Below are positions 27,459 through 37,100 of a DNA stretch of 64,000 nucleotides, piece after piece. Each line of letters begins with the position of its first letter. Position 1 is the first letter of the stretch. The notes beneath the pieces are model-generated. The model made no database searches, was not told where the DNA came from, and was given only the letters and a program-made list of their open reading frames with translations. The position numbers were made by a program, and so were the translations under genes. The stretch comes from Candidatus Falkowbacteria bacterium (GTDB lineage Bacteria > Patescibacteriota > Patescibacteriia > CAIXNZ01), in NCBI GenBank assembly GCA_016927685.1, contig JAFGMD010000012.1, positions 23,866 through 87,865 of the forward strand, in the 5' to 3' direction.

Positions 27459-29177
27459 ATGGTTTACAAAAAAACAAGGACTCCTTATGCCCATACACGT
27501 GGCGATAAGGACCAAAAATTGAAAATTATGGTGTTGGGCGGACTGGAAGAAGTCGGCCGCAACATGACGCTCATGGAATACGGCCAAGATATTATTATCA
27601 TTGACATGGGCCTGCAATTTCCCGAAGAAGATATGCCGGGCATTGATTATATAATCCCCAATATTTCCTATTTGAAGGGAAAAGAACGAAATATTAGGGG
27701 TGTAATTATTACTCATGGACATTATGACCACATCGGCGGTATTCCCCATATTATGCCGAAAATCGGCAATCCTATCATTTATACAGCCAGACTATCAGCT
27801 GGCATTATCCAAAAAAGACAAGAGGAATATAAAAATTCGCCTAAATTAAAATTTTATATTACTGACGAAAACAGCAAATTGCGCTTGGGCGCTTTTAATG
27901 TGGAATTTTTCCGCGTCAATCATAATGTGCCAGACAGCTTTGCCGTCGTGATTAAAACTCCGGTTGGCACCATTGTGCACACTGGTGATTTCAAAATCGA
28001 TCATAACCCTATCAATGACAGGCCAGCTGATTTGAATCGCATTGCCCAAGTCGGTTCTGAAGGCGTGACTGCTTTAATGGCGGACTCAACTAATGCTGAA
28101 GAAGAAGGTTATCAGATATCTGAAAATGTTGTAAGCGAAGAATTGGAAAGAATTTTTGAGAAAGCCAAGGGCAGGCTGATTATTGGCACATTTGCTTCCC
28201 TGCTCAACCGTGTTCAGCAAGTTATTTCTATAGCCGAACAATTCAACCGCAAAGTTATCGTGGAAGGGCGCAGTATGAAAACTAATGTGGAAATCGCCCA
28301 TAAACTCGGCTATATGAAAATTAAACCCGGCACAATATTGGAAATTGATCACTATAATCAGCGCGATTATCCGGATAACAAAGTTGTAATCGTTGGTTCT
28401 GGCGCCCAAGGTGAACAAAATGCCTTTTTAGTCAGATTTGCTGAAGACGAACATAAATACCTTTCTGTTAAAGAAGGAGATACAATTATCTTCTCTTCTT
28501 CAGTAATTCCAGGCAATGAAAGAACGGTTCAGAATCTTAAAGATACGCTGGCGCGCAAAGGTGCCAAAATTATTCACTACAAATTAATGGATGTGCATGC
28601 TGGTGGTCATGCCAAGAAAGAAGATTTAAAATTAATGCTGCGTCTGATTAAGCCAAAGCACTATATTCCCATTGAAGCCAATCATTACATGTTAAATATC
28701 AATGGTGAGATTGCTGAAAATTTAGGCATGCCTAAAGAAAATATTTTTGTCGCTGATAATGGACAGATTATTGAATTTACAAAAAAGGGAGGCAAACTCA
28801 CCAAAGAATATATTCCGGCTGATTATGTCATGGTTGATGGACTTGGCGTGGGAGATGTTTCAAACATTGTCTTGCGCGACCGCCGCGTTATGTCAGCTGA
28901 CGGCATGCTGGTAGTTATTGCTACTGTTGAATACAAAACAGGAAGATTAATTGGCAACCCAGATATTATTTCCCGCGGTTTTGTCTATATGAAGGAAAAT
29001 AAAAAACTTATTGAATCCACTAGAATGAAAGTTAAAAAAATCTGCCAGGACCATGATGCCAAATCCCCTGCTTTTGATGATTTGATAAAAAATAAGATTC
29101 GCGATGAAATTGGCCAATATTTATATCAACAGACAAAACGCCGACCCATGATATTGCCAGTAGTCATTAAAGTATAA
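27459..29177 (+). CDS. rnj: ribonuclease J
   Basis: Metallo-beta-lactamase HGHYDHIGG motif, beta-CASP and RNase J C-terminal region, 572 aa. Confidence 0.88.
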   Translation: MVYKKTRTPYAHTRGDKDQKLKIMVLGGLEEVGRNMTLMEYGQDIIIIDMGLQFPEEDMPGIDYIIPNISYLKGKERNIRGVIITHGHYDHIGGIPHIMPKIGNPIIYTARLSAGIIQKRQEEYKNSPKLKFYITDENSKLRLGAFNVEFFRVNHNVPDSFAVVIKTPVGTIVHTGDFKIDHNPINDRPADLNRIAQVGSEGVTALMADSTNAEEEGYQISENVVSEELERIFEKAKGRLIIGTFASLLNRVQQVISIAEQFNRKVIVEGRSMKTNVEIAHKLGYMKIKPGTILEIDHYNQRDYPDNKVVIVGSGAQGEQNAFLVRFAEDEHKYLSVKEGDTIIFSSSVIPGNERTVQNLKDTLARKGAKIIHYKLMDVHAGGHAKKEDLKLMLRLIKPKHYIPIEANHYMLNINGEIAENLGMPKENIFVADNGQIIEFTKKGGKLTKEYIPADYVMVDGLGVGDVSNIVLRDRRVMSADGMLVVIATVEYKTGRLIGNPDIISRGFVYMKENKKLIESTRMKVKKICQDHDAKSPAFDDLIKNKIRDEIGQYLYQQTKRRPMILPVVIKV

Positions 29178-29187
29178 TTAAATACTG

Positions 29188-29218
29188 CAAAAATCCGGCT
29201 AAAAGCCGGCTTTTTGTT
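29188..29218 (+). terminator. terminator after rnj (tccggct aaa agccggc + T-run)
   Basis: Perfect 7-bp stem followed by tttttgtttt. Confidence 0.75.
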
Positions 29219-29223
29219 TTCTA

Positions 29224-29252
29224 TTGACAAATAATAATATTTTTGTTAAAAT
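29224..29252 (+). promoter_or_regulatory. island cassette A promoter (TTGACA-N17-TAAAAT)
   Basis: The transcript starts with AGCCTATTAAA, similar to the leaders of cassettes C and D. Confidence 0.55.
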
Positions 29253-29343
29253 AGCCTATTAAAATATCAAAGTATTTTAATTTTGAATATAAGGGAATTT
29301 TGTATTTTGAAAATAAAAAACCACTGATTAAGAGGAGGGCTAG

Positions 29344-30567
29344 ATGAAAAAATGGCAAAGAAATATTCTGATCGTGTTGGCAGGCCTAATTATTGTCTTT
29401 ATGGTTTTTGCAACCATTGACAATATTGGTCAGCTTGGCTTACTTATGGGGTTTTTAAAAATTATAGCTGCTCATTGGCTGGCCGTTTCAATAGTCACTA
29501 TAGGTCTTGCTATTTGCGGAGGCCTTATCTGCCTGATTATTTGGCTCTTTCTTAAAGAAAGGGCTGAAAAAACCGAAAGGGCCGAAGAAATTCAAAATTT
29601 GCGTGAGCAGATAGAGAATTTAAAAAATCCCAAAAAAGCAGAAGATTCAGAGCAGGGCGCTATCTATTCTGAACAAGAAGAGGAAATAGGCAGTGAGGCA
29701 GAAATTCAGGTTGGAGATGAAACTCCTCCGGCACCCACAAATAAAAAGGGGCCGGCATCAAACACCTGTGATGAGCCCTCTCCTATTACTGAAGCTGGCT
29801 TTATTAACGAAATTAAGGCCTTTATCACAAAGGGTAATCGGCGTATTATCGCTATTACCTTAAGCTCCTTGATCATTCTCCTACTGCTTACGCTAGGCCT
29901 TGGCTTTGCAACTTACAAGTTCTGGCAACGCAGCAATTATTTCAAGGCACAGAGCGAGACATTGCAGGGCCTGGTAAAGTCATGCACTGACACCAATGCT
30001 TTTTACAACATTTTGAACAAGCAGCAGGAGCTTATGATGAAATTTGGCATCCCGGTGCCTGAATCAATTGATCCCAAAGAAGTGGCAAAGTGGAACGTGG
30101 ATGCCACGTTCGTAAATTTGTACTGCCAGTTCCGCAGTAACCAGATCGAGGTCAATAAAGAATACCTTGACCTTTTGCCCAAATTTCCGCAGGCACCAAA
30201 ATGTACCTGCAATATTCAGGCCTGTACTGAAGGCAAGGACGCGGTAACTGCACCACCCACTGACGAAAAACCAAAGGCAGAATGCGGCGATGGCAAATGC
30301 GAAAAAGATGTAGGTGAGAATATTAATTCTTGTCCTACAGACTGTAAGCCAAAGCATTTTTGCGGCGATGGCAAATGCAATAAGGACGAGGATAAAAATT
30401 CTTGTCCTAACGACTGCTATGAAGAAACGCCCAGCCCGCCAAAACCGGTTTGCGATGACGGCATCTGCCAGCCACAGTCAGGGGAAAATTATATCAATTG
30501 TTCTGACTGTGAAGACAATAGAGAAATCCAGCCCATGGACGTTTATCCAGGGTGCGATAATCAGTAA
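29344..30567 (+). CDS. membrane protein (3 TM, coiled coil) with C-terminal extracytoplasmic Cys-rich repeats (CGDGKCxKDxxxNSCPxDC x3)
   Basis: SD AAGAGGAGGG. Three repeats of the C-G-D-G-x-C...N-x-C-P-x-D-C module. Confidence 0.7.
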   Translation: MKKWQRNILIVLAGLIIVFMVFATIDNIGQLGLLMGFLKIIAAHWLAVSIVTIGLAICGGLICLIIWLFLKERAEKTERAEEIQNLREQIENLKNPKKAEDSEQGAIYSEQEEEIGSEAEIQVGDETPPAPTNKKGPASNTCDEPSPITEAGFINEIKAFITKGNRRIIAITLSSLIILLLLTLGLGFATYKFWQRSNYFKAQSETLQGLVKSCTDTNAFYNILNKQQELMMKFGIPVPESIDPKEVAKWNVDATFVNLYCQFRSNQIEVNKEYLDLLPKFPQAPKCTCNIQACTEGKDAVTAPPTDEKPKAECGDGKCEKDVGENINSCPTDCKPKHFCGDGKCNKDEDKNSCPNDCYEETPSPPKPVCDDGICQPQSGENYINCSDCEDNREIQPMDVYPGCDNQ

Positions 30568-30610
30568 TAACAAGGCCCTCACCATATTGGTGAGGGCCTT
30601 TTTCTTTTAC

Positions 30611-30639
30611 TTGACAAAATAAAAAAAATATACTAAAAT
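30611..30639 (+). promoter_or_regulatory. island cassette B promoter (TTGACA-N17-TAAAAT)
   Basis: ttgacaaaataaaaaaaatatacTAAAAT. Confidence 0.5.
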
Positions 30640-30688
30640 GCTTTATTCAGTATTGAATCTGTAATTTAAAACCAAGGAGGAACAAAAA

Positions 30689-31645
30689 ATGAAAAAGGTG
30701 ATTTTGGGAATTATTGTTTTCCTGACAGCACTTACGGTTTTTGCCGGGGTGCCGAACTATGCCTACAAAGATGGCCATTTCATTCCTACGCTCATTGAGA
30801 TTGACAAGACCATCGCTGGCGAGGACTTTGACCAGCTGCGTCTCAATGCGGAGAGCTTGAAAAATTGTCCTGAATGCATTGTTATTATCCAGGGAGTTGG
30901 AGAAAATCCGGGAATGAAAGCCGAAACAGTCAAGCTCTGGCTGCTCAACAACGAAAAGGTCCCTCAAAACCAGGTACGAATTTTGAAAACAGCCGGCATG
31001 CAGCCAATCAAAACCACAAACAATGGCGTGCTACTGACTATTGCCACCAAACAGGATCTGGAGGATGAAAAATTCCCAGAAAATATCTATGTAAAAAGCG
31101 AGACTGGGTATAAGCCTCTTTACGTTAAAGGCGACTGCCAACTGCTTGGCAAATTAAACGACACCCTTTACTTGATCAAACTGCTTTGTCCGGGTTTCAC
31201 CTGCGCAACTCCGGAATGTATGGAAATCGTACCCATTACGCCAACAAAACCTGACTGCAGTATTTGCAAAAACTGCCCTGAGTGCCAAAAAGGCCAAGCC
31301 GCCTACATCGAAAAATCGGACAAGGAAATCTTAAAAGATTCTTTGCTCTACTGGGGCCCGATTGGTGCCGCAGCAGGCCTAGGAGCTTCTCTCTTTTATG
31401 TGGAGGGCGCTCATGACAACAATGGCAATGGCGGAGGCAACGCTGGCATGTGCGTGAAAAAAGATGTACATGACGGCATTGAATATGACTGGGGCTGCGT
31501 TGCTCTGGTCACTGTCGGTGGTTATGCTGCTGGGGTCGGAATCGGCTATCTCGGCGAAAAAACCTATTATGTTGGCAAAGGGAATAACAAAAAAGAAGTT
31601 ACTCTTGCGCCAACAACCGGCGGTATAAAAGCAAGCTGGAAATAA
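30689..31645 (+). CDS. secreted Cys-rich protein with Gly-rich hydrophobic C-terminal tail
   Basis: Signal peptide, CPEC/CPGFTC/CSICKNCPEC clusters, and C-terminal GPIGAAAGLGASLF...GGYAAGVGIGYLG tail. Confidence 0.65.
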   Translation: MKKVILGIIVFLTALTVFAGVPNYAYKDGHFIPTLIEIDKTIAGEDFDQLRLNAESLKNCPECIVIIQGVGENPGMKAETVKLWLLNNEKVPQNQVRILKTAGMQPIKTTNNGVLLTIATKQDLEDEKFPENIYVKSETGYKPLYVKGDCQLLGKLNDTLYLIKLLCPGFTCATPECMEIVPITPTKPDCSICKNCPECQKGQAAYIEKSDKEILKDSLLYWGPIGAAAGLGASLFYVEGAHDNNGNGGGNAGMCVKKDVHDGIEYDWGCVALVTVGGYAAGVGIGYLGEKTYYVGKGNNKKEVTLAPTTGGIKASWK

Positions 31646-31748
31646 TAATCCAAACCCCGAGTCAGAAATGACTCGGGGTTTTTTCATTTATCTTAGCAAA
31701 ATAATCATTATTATATTTATAAATAGCAATACTGTTAAATAACTATCC

Positions 31749-31777
31749 TTGACAAAAACACTAACTTATGCTACAAT
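31749..31777 (+). promoter_or_regulatory. island cassette C promoter (TTGACA-N17-TGcTACAAT, extended -10)
   Basis: Shares the identical 25-mer cttatgctacaataccctattaaac with the cassette D promoter. Confidence 0.6.
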
Positions 31778-31931
31778 ACCCTATTAAACTAAATTGAATT
31801 AAGCTTTTGAAAATAGTCAAAAATCATTGACCTCTTTCAGTAGCTTAATTGGAGAAAAATCTCCATAAAAATATAGTAGGATCTTTGAAACAAGAAACAA
31901 ACCAAACATAAATTTTCCGAAGGAGGAAAAA

Positions 31932-32765
31932 ATGAAAAAAACATACGCTTCCTTTGTCGCGCTGATTTGCGCGATGTCGCTTCTGTTCGTAACCTTGATT
32001 CCGAACCAAGCTTTGGCAGCCACAAAACCGGCAGTCAATGAAGAGGCAGCGACCTCAATGATTCCCCTGAACCCGGACTGGGAAATTCAATATTTCCCGA
32101 CCGGATTCTCGACAGTCACCCGAGAGATTGAACAACAGATCCAGCCCCTGCTGGCGTGGCACAAAAGCCACCCGGAGGATATGTTCATCGTGATGGGCGC
32201 GGTGTCTGATAAACCATTCAGCAAGGATAGCGACAATAAACAGATGCAGTTGGCCACGGACCGGGCAATGGCTGTTCATAAGTATCTTACGGACAATGCA
32301 GTGCCGAAGAACAAAATCGTCATTCTGAAGTCCAATATGATTGCCATTGAAAAAGGCAACTATCGAAAAAATCAAAAGGTAATGGTATGGCATGCATATC
32401 ATCCCGAGCTATCTTCGACGCCATTGGTTACCGAAAATAAGCCATGTCCGCCTCAGCAGGAATGTCCAGTGCCAAAGTGCGACAAGTGCGATAAAGCACC
32501 GAATTACATCGTCAATGTACCGCCCCAATGCACCAAAGAGGAGTCGGATGTGATTGATCCTATCACCGGCATCCGGACCATCACAATCAACGTGACTTGC
32601 CCTGACGAGGTGCAAAAGGAAATGTGGTGCAAAGCTCATAAAGGCGCTTGCACGGCACTGATCATCGGCGGAATCGTCCTCATCGGAGGCATTTTGGCCA
32701 TTGGCTGCGCCCAGGGCGCCAGCGGACCCAATGGGTCCGGCGGTGATGCGGGTTTCTGTTTTTAA
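31932..32765 (+). CDS. secreted Cys-rich protein with C-terminal TM/Gly-rich tail
   Basis: Signal peptide, CPPQQECPVPKCDKCDK cluster, and C-terminal ALIIGGIVLIGGILAIGCAQGASGPNGSGG tail. Confidence 0.65.
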   Translation: MKKTYASFVALICAMSLLFVTLIPNQALAATKPAVNEEAATSMIPLNPDWEIQYFPTGFSTVTREIEQQIQPLLAWHKSHPEDMFIVMGAVSDKPFSKDSDNKQMQLATDRAMAVHKYLTDNAVPKNKIVILKSNMIAIEKGNYRKNQKVMVWHAYHPELSSTPLVTENKPCPPQQECPVPKCDKCDKAPNYIVNVPPQCTKEESDVIDPITGIRTITINVTCPDEVQKEMWCKAHKGACTALIIGGIVLIGGILAIGCAQGASGPNGSGGDAGFCF

Positions 32766-32868
32766 CCATCCTAAGCTACTTAACCGGGTATACATTCGTG
32801 TGTACCCGGTTTTTCTTATATAAAATATGCTGAAATTAGCATAATTTTAATAATTAAGTTAACCACTC

Positions 32869-32897
32869 TTGACAAAATCATTTTCTTATGCTACAAT
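32869..32897 (+). promoter_or_regulatory. island cassette D promoter (TTGACA-N17-TGcTACAAT)
   Basis: Same promoter/leader block as cassette C. Confidence 0.6.
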
Positions 32898-33008
32898 ACC
32901 CTATTAAACCTGTAAAAGGTTTTCAATGAAATATATAGGCAATTAGTTGTTTGCGAGATAAAGGGTCTTTTAAAACAAAATTCCAAAATTGGAAAAGGAG
33001 AAGATAAA

Positions 33009-33833
33009 ATGAAAAAGATAATGATGGCTCTTTTGGTTTCTTTGTCCGTGGTTTTCGCGGCCTGCGAAGGCGGCGACTACAATGATCACTCCTCCCATGA
33101 CTACGACCCCGATGAAATCTGCGGCAACGGCGTCTGCGGCAATGGTGAAACCCACCAGAATTGCCCGGCTGACTGCGACGCAGATTCTGAGCCGGTCTGT
33201 GGCAATGGGATCTGCGAAAATGGCGAGAATGAGAGAAACTGCTTTGAGGATTGCGGCACCACGCCCTGCACCGACGCCAATGAGAACGGCGTCTGTGATG
33301 ATGCCGAATATATCGGCATCTATTGCTACAGCAATACGGAGCTGGACGCAATCTATGGCGACACTGTCCACTATGGACAGTTTAGCTCGCCAAGCGAAAC
33401 TCCTGGAGTATGGGAGGCAGAAAACGATGTCCCTGGATTCATCGAATCTGGCGACACGATTTGCTTCACTACTCCGAGGCCATTGCCCGAGGTAGAGCAC
33501 GGCTATGAGTCACTCTACGCTGATGTGACAGCAGGGCCGTTTTCAGCCGGACAATGGATAGGTTTCAGTGTGGCACCAAAAAGCATTAACGTCCTCAGGG
33601 GCAACACCATCACATCTCGACCGATTCTGCCCTACTTCGCCGGGATGGGCTATCATGCCTGTCTTGACGAAGAGCAACCGCTATGTTGGACCAACCTATG
33701 CACGATCAGCGCAAGCGGTGTCTGGACCTGCTACGATGACGGCGTCCCCGACAGCGAATGCGGTTTGACAAAAACTTGCCAGACCTGCGTTCTGCACTGC
33801 CGGGAACTCTACAACATTTTGCTCTCCCCCTGA
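33009..33833 (+). CDS. lipoprotein with CGNGxCxNGEnxxNCPxDC repeats and a C-terminal domain paralogous to the C-terminus of the 34151 gene
   Basis: Lipobox VFAAC followed by EGGDYND, compared with AACKGGNYND in the next gene. Shared C-terminal signature YCYSN...GMGYHACLDEE versus WCYTSP...GSGYFVCLTDD. Confidence 0.7.
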   Translation: MKKIMMALLVSLSVVFAACEGGDYNDHSSHDYDPDEICGNGVCGNGETHQNCPADCDADSEPVCGNGICENGENERNCFEDCGTTPCTDANENGVCDDAEYIGIYCYSNTELDAIYGDTVHYGQFSSPSETPGVWEAENDVPGFIESGDTICFTTPRPLPEVEHGYESLYADVTAGPFSAGQWIGFSVAPKSINVLRGNTITSRPILPYFAGMGYHACLDEEQPLCWTNLCTISASGVWTCYDDGVPDSECGLTKTCQTCVLHCRELYNILLSP

Positions 33834-34150
33834 ATTTTTGCCTATCAAAGGCCCGCGTACTGAAAAAGTACCCGGGCCTTTTTCTTTTCTAGAAAAACCT
33901 AATTTATTTCATCAAATAAAACAACTTGACAAATCCTAAAAATATGCTAAGATATGCTATTCTGAAAAAGTAAAGGAAATTCAGGGATAATAGCCCTATT
34001 TTATATAGAAACAGGTGTTTTGTTGGCTCATTAAAATAAAATCAAAAAACCCTCTAAATTGAGGGTGAGGAGGAAAAAATGGAACTATGGGTTTCAAAGG
34101 AAACGTGCCATAATGGCAATAAAAAAAATGACCAAAAGGAGGTCAAAAAA

Positions 34151-37100
34151 ATGAAGAGAACAATCACGGCTTTTGTCATTTGCATGATCATGCTGACACT
34201 TGCAGCCTGCAAGGGCGGCAACTACAATGACAATTCTGGATCAGGTGGAGCCAATACTCCTCCGACAGTTGTCATTAATACGCCAAACGAGGACGAGACC
34301 TTTTTGCCGGATTCTGACATCAATATCAGGGCCCATGCAACAGACAATGGGACCGTCGCCAGAATCGTGATTCTCCAAGGCGAAACCGTCTTGTGCAGGA
34401 ATGATGCCTTTACTTTGAATTGCACCTGGGAAGATGTGCCGGCTGGGCATTATACTCTGGTTGCCATTGCCACGGATAATGAAGGCGCAACCGGATCTGA
34501 CACTGTTCGAATTTTTGTTGGCAATGCACCTCCGGGCACAAACCTTCCGCCAGAAGTGACTATTACTTCACCTGCAGACGGAACAGATTATCCGGCACCA
34601 GCGAACTTCACGGTCATGGTTTATGCCACCGACCCTGATGACCTAGTTGCTTCAGTGCAATTCTGGATTGATGACACTCCATTGGGAACAGACAATACAA
34701 CGCCATACAGCCTAGATGTAACAGATTTGCCAGCTGGCAGATATGTGCTTTGGGCAGAGGCAACTGATAGCCGAGGAGCAACGGGAATTTCACAGCTGGT
34801 TGTTATCGAAGTCGGTAATATATCGCCTCTTGATAACACTCCGCCTGTGATCACTATTGTTTCCCCAGCTAACGGAGCCAATTATCAGGCTCCAGCGAAC
34901 TTCAATGTCGGCGCAGTAGCTATTGATGCAGACGGCGACGCTATCGCTAGCGTTGATTTAATGCAAGGAACAACTACCTTGGCAACCTTAACCGCAGAAC
35001 CTTACGTTTTCTCAATCAATAACTTGCCCATTGGCACCTATGTGTTTTGGGGCAGAGCAACTGATGTCTATGGAGCGCAAGGTATTTCTGAACCGGTTAC
35101 TGTGAGCGTTACAAACACGCCGCTGGTTGCCAATAATCCGCCAAATGTTTTGGTTACTTCCCCAGCGGATGGCGCTACTTACATCGCACCAGCCAACTTC
35201 AATATCACAGCTGAAGCAGTAGACACGGATGGCGACTTAATTGCCAGCGTAACATTCTTGATTAACGGCACAGTTTTGGGAACAGACAATACTGCTCCCT
35301 ATTCTGTACCTGTCACCAACTTGCCCATAGGTAACTATGTTATCTATGCCCGGGCAATTGACGCGCGTGGAGCTGTGGGGATTTCCCAACTTATTAGTGT
35401 TCATGTCGGAACAGTCTCTCCCACAGCTAACACTCCCCCAACCGTGGTCATGGTCAGCCCAGCAGACGGCGCCACTTACACGGCACCGACCAACATACAA
35501 GTTGGTGCTATTGCTTCTGACCCAGATGGCGATGCCATTACTCATGTTGAATTGATGCAGGGGAACACTCTTCTACTCACTGACACAACTGCGCCTTACA
35601 ACATATCAATTACCAACTTGCCCGCTGGAACTTATGTTTTTTGGGCAAGAGCAATTGATTCGCGCGGAGCATCTGCTATTTCGCAGCTTGTCAGAATCAG
35701 AGTGTACAACCCCACACCAGCCATAAACAATCCACCACGCGTCATTGTGGTTTCTCCAGCTGATGGTGCCACATACACAGCACCGGCAAGCTTGAGTGTC
35801 ACGGCTTACGTGACTGACCCGGATGGTGATGCGATTGGACAAGTTGAGCTGTTACAAGGTGGAACAGTCATAGGCACGTTTAATTCAGCGCCCTATACTG
35901 TCGTTTTGAACAATCTCACGGCAGGCAACTATGTTTTTTGGGCTCGTGGGACTGATGCTCGTGGAGCAACCGGTGTATCACAGCTCGTGCAAATACGAGT
36001 TGGCAATCCTACACCAGCCATAAATATCCCGCCAAATGTCATTTTAACCTCGCCTGGCGATGGAGTCAGCTATGTAGCCCCGGCTAATTTCAATGTCGGA
36101 GCAGACGTAGTAGATTCTGATGGCGACATCATCACCCAGGTCGAGCTTATGCAGGGAAATACGGTTTTGGTCATTGACACAACGGCACCTTATACTCTGC
36201 CAATCACCAACCTGCCAGTAGGTAACTATACTTACTGGGCCAGGGCAACTGATAGCAGGGGCGGGGTCGGCGTTTCTCAATTGGTCAGAATCACTGTTGT
36301 GGCAGCACCTCCAGTCGTTAATAATCCGCCGTTAGTGATTATCACTTCTCCGGCAGACGGTGCCACTTATCTGGCACCGGCGAACTTCACTGTCACGGCA
36401 ATTGCCACGGATTCGGACAACGACGCAATTGTATCGGTTACGTTTATGAATGGGAACACGGTTTTAGGAACAGATATTTCTGCTCCTTTCTCTGTGCCCA
36501 TTGTTAACCTGCCGATTGGCAATTACGTCATTTACGCCCAAGCAACAGATGCGAGGGGCGCTGTGGGTACTTCTCAATTAATCAACATTTTCGTTGGAAA
36601 TGTATCACCCACTATCAATAACCCGCCTATTGTGGTTATTGTCTCTCCGTTTGATGGCGCTACTTATACTGCGCCGGCTGACTTTATTGTCAGTGCCTTT
36701 GTGAATGACCCGGATGGTGATGCCATTACCGGCGTTGAATTTTTGATGGGAAGCACAGTACTTGGAGTGGATAATACCGCTCCGTACGATGTTTCAGTCA
36801 CAAATTTGGCGGCTGGAAATTACGTTCTCTGGGCCAGGGCAACTGATAACCGCGGTGCGGTTGGTATGTCCCAATTGGTAACAATCCATGTTGGGAGCTT
36901 GCCACCTTCGGTTAATAATGATCCTCTGGTAATTCTGGTTTCGCCAGCTAATGGAGCCAATTATGTAGCGCCAGCTGACTTTTACGCGCAAGCGCTCGTA
37001 ATTGATCCGGATGGCGATGCCATTATCCAAGTGGAATTCTTAGTTGGTAATGATGTGGTGGCAGTTGATTCAACAGCACCATTCACAATGCCGGTCAAAC

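Noticed and set aside
32055-33500. Several long minus-strand ORFs (32055..32402, 32409..32795, 32923..33351 Arg/His-rich, 32970..33500) and the plus ORF 33082..33495.
   Set aside because: They lie antisense or out of frame inside the GC-rich island genes, where high GC suppresses stop codons. No SD and low-complexity Arg-rich translations.
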